A stretch of 64,000 nucleotides of DNA from a virus. Location: the IMG/VR virus record IMGVR_UViG_3300032296_001209, positions 33,354 to 97,353 of that record; one strand, written 5' to 3'. Under the pieces are notes generated by a model, which made no database searches, was not told the DNA's origin, and saw nothing but the letters and a program-made list of their open reading frames with translations. Positions 40,533-50,392 of the stretch are shown in pieces. Positions within the stretch are counted from its first letter, which is position 1; each line of letters opens with the position of its first letter. The position numbers and the translations under genes were made by a program.

Positions 40533-41395
40533 TATCTCCAACTATTATGATTGTAACTCTTGAACATATCGTAATATTTATTGTATTGAGCCTTACGGTT
40601 CATCTCCCACATCTTATACATCTCTGCAAAGTTTGGAGTGTTAACTAATGACAAAGCATTATTACGGGCTGCTCTTAATCTCTGTTCAACTAAATTAAGT
40701 TTTTGTACTACATCCTCACCATTCATGTATAAGTTCTCAAGCAATCTCTGCTTAACAGCATACTCATAGTATTCATTTACATAAGGATTATCTAACACCA
40801 TCAAGTTACCCTCTTCATCTTCCATAGTACCCTGGTAGTTAACATATACTTTACCATGCTCTAGGTTAAGATAGATGAAGTTATTTTTAAGTTGGCCTTT
40901 GTATGGAGATTTCCAGGTAAGGTTAGGACAATCACAAGAGATAGTTTTAGAGTTATTATCTAAAGAGATAACTGTGCTAATCTCATATGTCCGGGTCTCA
41001 AACTGTGTAGTCTGGATTACTTGTAATAAATCACCACACTGTGTTAAGCATGTGTTTGTAGGAGTACAAGGATCTAATGGTCCGGGAACAAATGGTACTA
41101 CTACGTCCTCTCTATGTGTACCAGAAATAGCAGGCTGTGTAACTGTATATTCACCACACAACATAGCGTAGTTTAATACATAGAAATCATCCGGAAGTCT
41201 TACTTTGCTATTAACAATATCAAGTACAACCTCTTTAGTCATATTAATCCGGAGACCTAAATCATAATTAACTCTCTGTACAACCTTGATAAGTTGCTGT
41301 GGCTCTATCATATTCTCTAGAGCATACATAGAGAAATCAACACTTACATCTTCAAGTAATTGATTGAATGTACGGTATTTTAATTCTGTAAGCAT
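40532..41395 (-). CDS. Tail tubular / ring protein
   Basis: 287 aa; LPDDF...GKVYVNYQG..DEEGNLMVLD motif; upstream of the stabilization protein. Confidence 0.75.
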   Translation of the reverse strand: MLTELKYRTFNQLLEDVSVDFSMYALENMIEPQQLIKVVQRVNYDLGLRINMTKEVVLDIVNSKVRLPDDFYVLNYAMLCGEYTVTQPAISGTHREDVVVPFVPGPLDPCTPTNTCLTQCGDLLQVIQTTQFETRTYEISTVISLDNNSKTISCDCPNLTWKSPYKGQLKNNFIYLNLEHGKVYVNYQGTMEDEEGNLMVLDNPYVNEYYEYAVKQRLLENLYMNGEDVVQKLNLVEQRLRAARNNALSLVNTPNFAEMYKMWEMNRKAQYNKYYDMFKSYNHNSWR

Positions 41396-42051
41396 TATCT
41401 GTTAGGATTAATATTATCATCACTAAGATCTGTAGGAATAGATAACCTAGATCCCAAATCTTTAATTACCATAGCTTCAATTTCTGCTAATAAGAACTCA
41501 GGTACATTGATACCCAAATCTTGTTTTTTGGTACAAGCATTACCATCAGTTGTATCCTCTGTAAAGATTGCCTCTACTTTGATAGCATCCCAGTCAAGAT
41601 TAGGCATATACAAGTATCCGTTTAAGTACCAGAAGTATTTAAACTTGTTGTACCTAAATCCGGTTGTCTTAGTCATAGATGTAAACTGACCAGGAGTAGT
41701 TGCATATAACTCCTCAGATGCATCAATAGAGCTCACTGTACGGATCAAAGGACCCCAGTAACCCTCTAGCATGACTGGAAGCTTTTCTTTTGTTCTACGG
41801 ATAGTACAACCAGATTTAATTCCTGCACAACATGCTTCTATCTTATCTACTTCAATTAACTCTAAACAATCTAGAGTTCTCCAAATAGAATTAAACTTCA
41901 TTAATTTGTTCTGAGAGTCTTGTCTTCTCATCAGAAGCTGTGAGTATTTTACAACTACACTGTAAACATACCTATCAGTTAGGAAAGCATCTTGCCTTAC
42001 TCCTTTTACCTGATTCTTTACCCGTGATATTACGGTGCCAATAGTTACCAT
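41395..42051 (-). CDS. Tail ring protein
   Basis: 218 aa; CLELIEVDKIEAC..C.I.RTKEKLP and YLNGYLY motifs; crAss synteny IHF-ring-ring-muzzle. Confidence 0.65.
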   Translation of the reverse strand: MVTIGTVISRVKNQVKGVRQDAFLTDRYVYSVVVKYSQLLMRRQDSQNKLMKFNSIWRTLDCLELIEVDKIEACCAGIKSGCTIRRTKEKLPVMLEGYWGPLIRTVSSIDASEELYATTPGQFTSMTKTTGFRYNKFKYFWYLNGYLYMPNLDWDAIKVEAIFTEDTTDGNACTKKQDLGINVPEFLLAEIEAMVIKDLGSRLSIPTDLSDDNINPNR

Positions 42052-42056
42052 TTTTA

Positions 42057-42638
42057 TTAAAATTCAAATTCATCATATAACTTTAGCACCTCTTGATCTT
42101 GTTTTTTACCACCTTCTTTTCTCATGGCTTTAGAAAACATCTCAGACACTTTTTTATATGAATCTACAACAATGTATTTCTGCCAAGATACAGGATACTC
42201 TTTAGCTACTGATCTCTTGAATTGTCTAATAGCTTGGAAACCCCATAACTCACGGTTTGCAAACTTATACTTGGTCTGATAGTTTGTATAGAAAATCTTA
42301 GCTAACTTAGAATCTGATTCTAGATTCCTGTTCTTTATCTCTTTACCGTATTTAACTGATAGACCATAATTTACATTAGTGTCCCGGTTAAATGTACAGG
42401 TACCTATGAACAGATATCCCAGACTTTCTGGTAACTCAACTCCATCCCTATACGCAATTACCTCTTTCCAAATATTTTCATTAAATGTCATCACTATCTT
42501 CTTGATAGTTTTGTCATCTAATGTAGAAAACTCAGGATGCTTCTCTTTGAACTCTTCCAGGAAATCTTTTGACAAGATTCTTTTGGGTTTTATTCTCAGC
42601 CTTGAAGCATGTAAATCAGGTGCTTTATATCCTCTCAT
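42057..42638 (-). CDS. Conserved crAss-like IHF/HU-related protein
   Basis: 193 aa, basic; GVELPESLGYLFI motif; conserved position before the tail genes. Confidence 0.6.
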   Translation of the reverse strand: MRGYKAPDLHASRLRIKPKRILSKDFLEEFKEKHPEFSTLDDKTIKKIVMTFNENIWKEVIAYRDGVELPESLGYLFIGTCTFNRDTNVNYGLSVKYGKEIKNRNLESDSKLAKIFYTNYQTKYKFANRELWGFQAIRQFKRSVAKEYPVSWQKYIVVDSYKKVSEMFSKAMRKEGGKKQDQEVLKLYDEFEF

Positions 42639-42644
42639 ACCTTG

Positions 42645-42670
42645 ACTACATTAATAAGATACAAAATTTA
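42645..42670 (-). promoter_or_regulatory. Putative late promoter
   Basis: Minus strand TTTTGTATCTTATTAATGTAGT, nearly identical to the motif at 421-445. Confidence 0.5.
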
Positions 42671-42677
42671 ATCCAGA

Positions 42678-43886
42678 TTAAATACAGTTATAAACAAACT
42701 CTCCAATCTTACCATTTTCATAGTCATGAACCTCAATAAGGGCAGCTCTCTTACTACCAATAAACTTATTATGGTAGTGCCAGTAGTCTGTTTTAGATAG
42801 ACTAGGAATGATCTTAATAGAGAAACCGGTGACTTCATCCTCTGTAATATACTCTACAGTTTTCTTCTTGTGATAGTGCCCGGTATACAAAGTTCTAAAT
42901 TTAGTATTACCCCAGGGCTCTGAGAATTCAGTAGCATAAACTAGTAATGAGTTCTTAGTATTTACATCCCCATGCTCAAATGCAAAGAAGTTATTATTAA
43001 ACGTAAGTACTTTTCTCTCTGCATAATCAGCATGCCATACTATACCATCCTCTTGTACAGCTTTAGAGAGAGCGTGTACTAGATGATAAGATGATAGTCT
43101 ATCATGATTACCCGGTATAAACATTATATGTAATGTCTCACACCTCTCCTTTAAAAAACGAATGCCCCGGTATAGGGCATCAAAAGCTTCAGCATATACT
43201 TTGTAGGCTTTATCAGAGTTCTCTACTGGAGTACCTGATGTAGTAGTACCACTAAATGTATCCATGTTTAATATATCACCACCTACAACGTACACTAGAT
43301 CATCTATAAAGTAATTATTAGATACACTCTCTGTTAATTGTTCTAGTGATGCAAAGTACTGTTCTATGATATCATCATTACCATCCTTACCAATATGCAT
43401 ATCTTGCATAGATAGTACACAGCTTACATACCGGTGCCTCTTTTGCTTTTTTATTACTACTGGTTTATAATCTGGTTTAAAGTTTTCTATGATGTCTTTT
43501 AGATAATCTTCTTTAGTCTTTACTACTTTAGTTACTAAAGCTGATACTAACCACTTGTCACTCTTTTCTTTATTCCAGTATTGAGATAACTTCCATTCTG
43601 TAGTATCTATACCCAAGATATCTATAATCTCTTCAGGGGTTTTAGGATTAACTGATACTAACTTCTCTATCTTACCTGTGCCTCTTTCTAAATCATAGGA
43701 CTCAGAATTAACTCTTTCTGTATTATGTTCAGAATTATATTTTAATTTTTTAGATTTAAATCCCAGGGACTTCTTAATCTTTAAATATTCATCTAATGTA
43801 ATACCAATTCTTCTTGCACACTCAATATTAGATAGCTTCCATCCTTTACTTTTAGCTACCTTATCTTTTAATTCTTGTGAATACAT
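42678..43886 (-). CDS. Calcineurin-like metallophosphoesterase with N-terminal HTH
   Basis: DMH, GGD, GNHD, HGD and GHYH motifs; N-terminal SNIECARRIGIT HTH-like segment. Confidence 0.85.
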   Translation of the reverse strand: MYSQELKDKVAKSKGWKLSNIECARRIGITLDEYLKIKKSLGFKSKKLKYNSEHNTERVNSESYDLERGTGKIEKLVSVNPKTPEEIIDILGIDTTEWKLSQYWNKEKSDKWLVSALVTKVVKTKEDYLKDIIENFKPDYKPVVIKKQKRHRYVSCVLSMQDMHIGKDGNDDIIEQYFASLEQLTESVSNNYFIDDLVYVVGGDILNMDTFSGTTTSGTPVENSDKAYKVYAEAFDALYRGIRFLKERCETLHIMFIPGNHDRLSSYHLVHALSKAVQEDGIVWHADYAERKVLTFNNNFFAFEHGDVNTKNSLLVYATEFSEPWGNTKFRTLYTGHYHKKKTVEYITEDEVTGFSIKIIPSLSKTDYWHYHNKFIGSKRAALIEVHDYENGKIGEFVYNCI

Positions 43887-43902
43887 GTGGTAATTGTTTT
43901 AT

Positions 43903-43931
43903 CAAATGTAGTAAAAATAGTTTATAATCAA
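43903..43931 (-). promoter_or_regulatory. Bacteroidota sigma-A-type promoter
   Basis: Minus strand TTG-18 nt-TACATTTG (-33 TTG / -7 TAnnTTTG) upstream of the phosphoesterase ATG. Confidence 0.6.
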
Positions 43932-43937
43932 GTTATT

Positions 43938-43972
43938 ATAAAATAAACCCCGGCTTTTTACACCGGGGTCTA
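43938..43972 (-). terminator. Rho-independent terminator
   Basis: Minus strand GACCCCGGTGTAAAAAGCCGGGGTTTATTTT. Confidence 0.8.
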
Positions 43973-44055
43973 ATCAGAGGGATAAACCAACAAACCCTCT
44001 TAGTACTTATACAATATTAATATACTGTAGATGGTTTAATAAAACAAGTAAAATC

Positions 44056-44262
44056 TTATTTTCTGCCTAGTTTAATATACTTAAACCAAACACGCTCGTG
44101 TAAATAATAAAGGATCATCTTAGTAATGACTTCTACACTACCTATCTTTAATCCTAGAGTAAAGTTTCCGGTAATAAGCCAGCTAAGAATTATAGTATCT
44201 ATAGTACCTACAATCCTCCAGGTTACAGTCTTAAGTATGTGTCTTAACTTGTCATTACTCAT
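44056..44262 (-). CDS. DUF2061 family small membrane protein
   Basis: RHILKTVTWRIVGTIDT...KMILYYLHERVW signature. Confidence 0.85.
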   Translation of the reverse strand: MSNDKLRHILKTVTWRIVGTIDTIILSWLITGNFTLGLKIGSVEVITKMILYYLHERVWFKYIKLGRK

Positions 44263-44606
44263 AACCCCATTTCCTTCCTGATTTTAGTAGCTGAGATAGC
44301 CTGGATTTCTGCAGGAGCTTGAATCTGCTCTACTTTATATCCAACATCTCTACCATAGTATACACCTTCAATATCAGGTAATACCATAACTTTAAGCATA
44401 CCGGCTTGAACATGATGTAACAGTTTCTCACCAATATTCCTAACTACCTCATCAGGCTCAAAAGGATTCTTCTCATCTTTAGGTACATCGCGTACACATA
44501 CTAGTACGGGAATACCCTCATTGATCTTTTGCTCAAACAAGAAAATATGACCATCATGTAATGGCTGATATCTTCCAATGAACATTGCATATTTTTTAGC
44601 TTCCAT
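44259..44606 (-). CDS. HxGH nucleotidyltransferase (cytidylyltransferase-like); candidate minimal ATP sulfurylase
   Basis: 115 aa; GRYQPLHDGH, YGRDVG and ISATKIR motifs. Confidence 0.75.
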   Translation of the reverse strand: MEAKKYAMFIGRYQPLHDGHIFLFEQKINEGIPVLVCVRDVPKDEKNPFEPDEVVRNIGEKLLHHVQAGMLKVMVLPDIEGVYYGRDVGYKVEQIQAPAEIQAISATKIRKEMGL

Positions 44607-45057
44607 ATGTTTTATATATATTAATTACTTTGTTAACTGAATCTTTCTCACTTACCCCAGATGTATTAATCTCTAAATCTACTTTTGTAGGTTCTTCAAA
44701 ATCAATAACATGGAAGTTTTCTCTACCCCGTTTTTCTTCTACATCATACTTTAGATATACCCAAAGTACTCTATCACCATACTGCTCTAAGTATCTCCGG
44801 CATTCTTCATAAGGATAAACAAAAGCCATAAGAACAACATCATTTAATGATTGCTCATAGTGGGCAATATCAGAGGCAAGATTAAGATTCTTAATCCTAC
44901 CTCCTCTTGAATAATCTTTATTAGAGAATACATTACGGAACTTATCACCATCCATATAGTGAACCTTGTTCTTTGTATTTTTCTTAAGCCATCCAAAGAA
45001 CTCTTTACATAAGGTAGTCTTACCAGATGTAGGTTGGCCAAAAAATACAACTATCAT
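44596..45057 (-). CDS. cysC: Adenylyl-sulfate kinase-like
   Basis: P-loop GQPTSGKTT, MDGDKFR, DYSRGGRIKN and FEEP motifs. Confidence 0.8.
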   Translation of the reverse strand: MIVVFFGQPTSGKTTLCKEFFGWLKKNTKNKVHYMDGDKFRNVFSNKDYSRGGRIKNLNLASDIAHYEQSLNDVVLMAFVYPYEECRRYLEQYGDRVLWVYLKYDVEEKRGRENFHVIDFEEPTKVDLEINTSGVSEKDSVNKVINIYKTYGS

Positions 45058-45872
45058 TTTGTATATCTAAAGTAATCGTTATACCACTTAAAGTTTGTCC
45101 AGATCCAATCTGTTACATCTTTACCTAAGATAGCTTTTGCTTGAGAAGGTACTGGCTCAACTTTAGTCCGGATAGTATGATCACCATAAATACCATATAC
45201 AGCATCATCCTCTTGAGTAATTTGTTGAATATCATCAAAGTCATGCTTGTATGCTGGTACACCTAAGTATTCATAAATCCTATCCATAGTCATCTGAGGA
45301 TATAAACACAAATCCTCAAACTTAACGAAGTGGATATGCTTATCATTACCTTGTCTGATAATCTCATTAAGACGCTCAATTGCCATACCTACAGGTTGAC
45401 TAGCTAACCATTGGTCTACACGCTTAGGTGTAGTAGTTCCGGTCATCTGTGCATGATTTACAATAGGATCATTTAAATGCTGGCTCTTACGGAAGTTCTT
45501 CTCCATTGAGCATATGATATCCCGCATATCTCTAACCATACAGATAATCTTTGGTTCCGGATATGCAAAGTTTAGCATATCATAATGTACTGCCCAACCT
45601 CTAGACTTATCTACTACATACTTCTTGTCAGTAATGGCTGTAAAGAAACCTGTCATTCCGGCATTACAAAATGCTTGGAAACCTTTCTTCATAGTCTCAC
45701 TGTCCTGAGCTTTAAACTCTGGAGACTCTGTGTAGTTAGCTCTAGCTGCATAGATTAACTCTAATACACCACTTGTAGGTGTAGTATAAAAATCCGGATT
45801 CTGGCCTAGAATATTCTGGAGTAATGTACTACCAGATCTAGGTAAACTTGAATTAAAAAATATCTTTTCCAT
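45054..45872 (-). CDS. PAPS-dependent sulfotransferase
   Basis: 5'-PSB loop SLPRSGSTLL, 3'-PB RDMRDIICS, and FEDL..P motif. Confidence 0.88.
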   Translation of the reverse strand: MEKIFFNSSLPRSGSTLLQNILGQNPDFYTTPTSGVLELIYAARANYTESPEFKAQDSETMKKGFQAFCNAGMTGFFTAITDKKYVVDKSRGWAVHYDMLNFAYPEPKIICMVRDMRDIICSMEKNFRKSQHLNDPIVNHAQMTGTTTPKRVDQWLASQPVGMAIERLNEIIRQGNDKHIHFVKFEDLCLYPQMTMDRIYEYLGVPAYKHDFDDIQQITQEDDAVYGIYGDHTIRTKVEPVPSQAKAILGKDVTDWIWTNFKWYNDYFRYTK

Positions 45873-46750
45873 TAGTTGATTTCCTCCAATGCTTTAATAA
45901 TATCTTCAGTATTAAAGATATCTCTTTCACTATGATATGGAAACTCTAACGGGTCACCAATAATATTAAACTTACCTAAGTAAGAATGTCTCAACTCCGG
46001 CTTCTTGGTAAAGTTATTAGCTCTGATGTTCTTATGAATATCATAACCAAATACACCCTCACTATTACCAATCCAGCAAACTACAGATGGTAAGTGTAAT
46101 GCAGCACATGCATGGTTAGCAAAAGAATCAATTAACAATCTCTTACTACTCATCATTAATAATACACACATAGATCTGAAGTTATCACTTACCTGTATTG
46201 TATTATTTAATACCGGCTGATCATCTCTACGGATATGTACTACTTGATAATCTTTAGAGAAATGATCTACTACTTCCTGAGCTACATGCTGAGGCAGATC
46301 TCTTGCCCAACTGTACTTTAATTCCTGATTAGGAGCACCCCCATTAGTTTGGATAACAAATAATGGTTTGTCACTTTGATACTTCTGTGAGAAGAAAGTC
46401 ATTTCCCGGCTAGTTAGGTACAGTTTAGGAAACTCTCCATTGTACTGATAACCAAACATTTTAGACCAGGTTTTAAGAAGATGCTCACTCATTTGTACAT
46501 GAGCTGCTTCTACGTAAGGATTGTGTGCATGAATTTTTACATCTTTACCCTCAATGTATTCTTCATAGAAATACTGTTGCTGACCAAAAGCATAAGCTCG
46601 GTCAACCCAGGGATTATCTAAGAATACTTCTGGATAACCTGATACAACAATTAACTTGTCATCAGGATGATGGTGCTTAATGCACTCACACACAGCGGTG
46701 GCCATGATACACTTACCAAGACCACCGTCAATTTGAAAAATAATGTTCAT
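45872..46750 (-). CDS. GT-B glycosyltransferase (GT9/heptosyltransferase-like)
   Basis: Likely start MNIIF at 46750; GGLGK, PEVF..NP.V and IDSF..H..AAL..PSVV motifs. Confidence 0.7.
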   Translation of the reverse strand: MNIIFQIDGGLGKCIMATAVCECIKHHHPDDKLIVVSGYPEVFLDNPWVDRAYAFGQQQYFYEEYIEGKDVKIHAHNPYVEAAHVQMSEHLLKTWSKMFGYQYNGEFPKLYLTSREMTFFSQKYQSDKPLFVIQTNGGAPNQELKYSWARDLPQHVAQEVVDHFSKDYQVVHIRRDDQPVLNNTIQVSDNFRSMCVLLMMSSKRLLIDSFANHACAALHLPSVVCWIGNSEGVFGYDIHKNIRANNFTKKPELRHSYLGKFNIIGDPLEFPYHSERDIFNTEDIIKALEEIN

Positions 46751-46754
46751 AATA

Positions 46755-46785
46755 TATCTATATATGCAAAGCAAATATATAGATA
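46755..46785. promoter_or_regulatory. 11-bp inverted repeat overlapping a TAnnTTTG box
   Basis: tatctatatat-gcaaagcaa-atatatagata; minus-strand TATATTTG at 46772-46779. Confidence 0.55.
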
Positions 46786-46793
46786 ATTATTTA

Positions 46794-49700
46794 TTACCTT
46801 ATATAAGTAATTGAAAATTTAGCTACTACTTTAATATTTACAGTTCCACCACCAGCAAATGTTGGTGCAGTAAAAGTGGTTTTTATATTTTGAGAAGGAC
46901 CCACTGAATAAGTCATTTGTGCACTACTCATACTTGGATCTTCCATAGGAATATCACTTACCGGAGAACCACTTAAAATATTTAATAAACCACCACTACT
47001 AGATTTTCTAACACCAATTTGTTGACTTTGAGTTTTAGTATCTGTAATACTAACTCCTGTTACAGTACCTGTAGTACCATTAATACTAGCTACATAATCA
47101 ACTCTAATATGCCATGCAGAAGTAGGAGTACTTGCACCAGGTATAATTAAATTAGTAACTCCAGTTCCATCTAATGATAAATCAAATGTTCCACCAGATG
47201 GAATATTAATAGCATCTGCATATGGAGTTAAATATGTAATATACTTACCTACTGTAAATTGATTTTGATGATTAGCTATTCCACAAGCTCCTAAAACTAC
47301 TGTACTTGTTGCTGTTGCAGAACTACTATGTCCTAAAATAAATGAACCATAACCACTTACTGTATTTCTTGCACCTACAGCACTACCAAAAGTACTATTT
47401 ACATTATTACCTGCACCTATAGCACTTGTTCCATCAGCAGTTCCAACATAATTACCACTACCTAATATAGAACCCCAATAAGCATACGCATTTATACAAT
47501 TACAAAGTCCTCCAGCAATAATTGAACCATTTCCTTCTGCTTTATTACATAAACCTCCACCTACTGTTTGATATGAAAATAAACTATAATTACCAGTACC
47601 TGGATTCCAAACACAGTTACCAGCACCACCAGAAATGGTGCTGCCATATGAAGCAGCATAATTTCCACATCCTCCTCCGACCATTGAGAAAACTCCCGTG
47701 GCGCAATTCAATGCACCACCCATTACATTTGACCAAGAACCCGTTGCCTTGTTTGCACAACCTCCACTTACATTTGAGAATATACCAAACGCACAATTGT
47801 AGCCCCCACCAACTACACTTGATTGGCTACAACCGACCAAGTTTTTAACACCTCCATAAATACCACTATTAATAGTTGTTGACCCATATGCACTTCCAGT
47901 TAAGCAATTGGCTTGACCACCTACAATTACGGAATTTATTTTTCCGAATAATGTACAATCATTACAAATGATATTATTTGAACCGCCAAATATTTCGGAA
48001 CACCTTAACGCATTGATATTGCATCTACCGCCAAATATTTGTGTAAAATAGTCAAGTGTGCAATTACCGCACCCTCCAATTAAGTGCATACTAGTAATAC
48101 CCGAACCACTTGGAGTGCAGTTGGGGCCTATTATAATTGTATTAGTTGTTGGGGTACTTGCAACACATCCCCCACCAATTACAATGCTATCTCCGCAACT
48201 TGTGCCTCCACCGATTACAAGACCACACGCAGCATTACCGCCTCCTATTGCAACCGCACCATCTCCCGATGCCGTACTTCCATAAAAGCCACCAATTGCA
48301 AATGACCCAATACCCGAAGCAACGGAATTTCTTCCTATTGCAAGAGAACAAGCCCCCGAAGCAACACTTCCGCAAATACCCGATATACTATTGTAACCAC
48401 TTGCCGTATTTCCCCTTCCTCCAAGAATGAAAGAATTGCAACAAGAAGATAAATTTCCAATACCTCCAAGTACCATTGAACCATAACCCGTTGCTCGGTT
48501 TCCGCAACCGCCTCCTACCATTGAGAATACTGCCGTGGCGCAATTGCCTAAACCGCCACCAACAAAAGAAAAACAGTTGGTTGCTTGGTTTTGTTGTCCT
48601 CCTACAACTACCGACACACAAGCACTTGATGTATGATTTCTACCACCACCAATAAAAGCGTATGAACCCGATGCCGTATTTTGACGACCACCACCTACAA
48701 ATGTGCCGTTATTGTTTGTACAATTAAATACGCCACTTCCTATAGCCGAGTAACTACCACTTGCGGTGTTATTTGTTCCTGCACCAATGAAAGCGGATGT
48801 TTGTAAAGTGCGATTAGAAAATCCCGCGCCTATAAAACCATTTGTAACACAAGCGATATTGTTGTTTCCTCCACCAATAAATGAACAAGCCCCAACCGCG
48901 CAATTTGAAAACCCGCCAACTACTGCACTAAATCCACCAATGGCTTGGTTACATTGACCGCCTCCAACAAATGACCAAGATGAAGATGCATGGTTACTTA
49001 AACCTCCTGCTACTGCACTAAATGGTGCACCAGCACTATTACTTCTACCTCCAGCTACAGTAGTATGACTTGCTGTAGCGCTATTACTTTCTCCACCACC
49101 AACAAATGACCAGGATGAAGTTGAATTATTTGCTATACCACCTACAACTGCTGCACCATATCCTAGTGAATTATTTCCTATGCCACCTACAACAGCCGCA
49201 CCATATCCTCCACTTGCAGTGTTTCCACATCCTCCACCTACAAAAGAACAACAAACTGATGCTGTATTTCTTAATCCACCACCTACAAATGAACCATTTG
49301 CATTGGCTATATTTCCACAACCACCTACTACTGCTGAACAAACACCACTAGCAGTGTTAAAATCACCTCCTACAATAACGGATGCTTGAGCTGTAGCATC
49401 ATTTCTACAACCACCACCAATAAAACTTCTAGTACCTGTAGTTGTATTTCTACAACCCGTAAATACTCCTGAACTCCTACCATTTGCAGTGTTATAATAT
49501 CCCGAAACTGTTGCCACCGCACCCGCACAATTCCCGTAACCTCCACTCACAGTTCCATAATCAGCACTTACAGAATTTCTTACACCTCCTAAAATAATAC
49601 TATTACCACCGCTAATTGTATTATTTACACCTCCAAAAATATTTTTACCATTAGATGTAAATTGACCTAATAGATTAGTTGTATTACCAGCACCACCCAT

Positions 49701-50066
49701 AATAGTACTATAATTTGATAATGCACAGTTATTTAAACCACTAACAAAATTAAATACACCAAGTGCAATATTATTTGCACCTCCTACAATAACACTGTTA
49801 TTACCACTTGCTACTTGAATAGCTGATGTTCTTGAAAGTTGTAAGTCAACAGCATATGTACCACGAGCATTACCTCCTACTGCTGTTGCATCAGGGCATG
49901 CAGCAATAATAGCTCCGGTGCCTTTTGGCTTAAGAGCAAAGTTGATATTAGGATCTGCACCAATTACTTCAATGAAAGCAGTTGCTTGTATAGCACTACA
50001 TGTGCCATCAATAAAGCTTGTTAGTCCACCTCCACCTAATGAGAAAAATTTACCGTATCTAGCCAT
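46794..50066 (-). CDS. Long fibre/adhesin with GGxxN (YadA-head/Hep_Hag-like) beta-roll repeats
   Basis: 1090 aa; dozens of ~14-aa SxxxGGxxNxAxG repeats, Cys-rich; C-terminal beta-domain shared with paralogs at 58.7-64 kb. Confidence 0.75.
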   Translation of the reverse strand: MARYGKFFSLGGGGLTSFIDGTCSAIQATAFIEVIGADPNINFALKPKGTGAIIAACPDATAVGGNARGTYAVDLQLSRTSAIQVASGNNSVIVGGANNIALGVFNFVSGLNNCALSNYSTIMGGAGNTTNLLGQFTSNGKNIFGGVNNTISGGNSIILGGVRNSVSADYGTVSGGYGNCAGAVATVSGYYNTANGRSSGVFTGCRNTTTGTRSFIGGGCRNDATAQASVIVGGDFNTASGVCSAVVGGCGNIANANGSFVGGGLRNTASVCCSFVGGGCGNTASGGYGAAVVGGIGNNSLGYGAAVVGGIANNSTSSWSFVGGGESNSATASHTTVAGGRSNSAGAPFSAVAGGLSNHASSSWSFVGGGQCNQAIGGFSAVVGGFSNCAVGACSFIGGGNNNIACVTNGFIGAGFSNRTLQTSAFIGAGTNNTASGSYSAIGSGVFNCTNNNGTFVGGGRQNTASGSYAFIGGGRNHTSSACVSVVVGGQQNQATNCFSFVGGGLGNCATAVFSMVGGGCGNRATGYGSMVLGGIGNLSSCCNSFILGGRGNTASGYNSISGICGSVASGACSLAIGRNSVASGIGSFAIGGFYGSTASGDGAVAIGGGNAACGLVIGGGTSCGDSIVIGGGCVASTPTTNTIIIGPNCTPSGSGITSMHLIGGCGNCTLDYFTQIFGGRCNINALRCSEIFGGSNNIICNDCTLFGKINSVIVGGQANCLTGSAYGSTTINSGIYGGVKNLVGCSQSSVVGGGYNCAFGIFSNVSGGCANKATGSWSNVMGGALNCATGVFSMVGGGCGNYAASYGSTISGGAGNCVWNPGTGNYSLFSYQTVGGGLCNKAEGNGSIIAGGLCNCINAYAYWGSILGSGNYVGTADGTSAIGAGNNVNSTFGSAVGARNTVSGYGSFILGHSSSATATSTVVLGACGIANHQNQFTVGKYITYLTPYADAINIPSGGTFDLSLDGTGVTNLIIPGASTPTSAWHIRVDYVASINGTTGTVTGVSITDTKTQSQQIGVRKSSSGGLLNILSGSPVSDIPMEDPSMSSAQMTYSVGPSQNIKTTFTAPTFAGGGTVNIKVVAKFSITYIR

Positions 50067-50069
50067 GAC

Positions 50070-50372
50070 TTATTTACTTACAACGTAAGACAATGTACCA
50101 GTTCCTGATACAGAGATTGATCCTGGATCTACTACATCAATAGTAAGCCCGGCTTTATCTGGAATTACAATTGCTGCACCACCATTAGTGGATACGTTTA
50201 CATTAGCACCAGTAGTATTAATGATAGTTACATATACCGCTGACTCTGAAATCAACGGGGTTAAAGCACCACTTAAAGCTACTGTACGGGTAATATCATT
50301 ACCACGTCTTACTGCATTGTATAATCTCTCAATGAGAGAACGGGTCCAAACTTCAAAACTTTTAGTTAACAT
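50070..50372 (-). CDS. Small beta-rich structural protein
   Basis: 100 aa ORF in the operon context. Confidence 0.55.
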   Translation of the reverse strand: MLTKSFEVWTRSLIERLYNAVRRGNDITRTVALSGALTPLISESAVYVTIINTTGANVNVSTNGGAAIVIPDKAGLTIDVVDPGSISVSGTGTLSYVVSK

Positions 50373-50392
50373 CGTTTTATTATTTTAAATTA

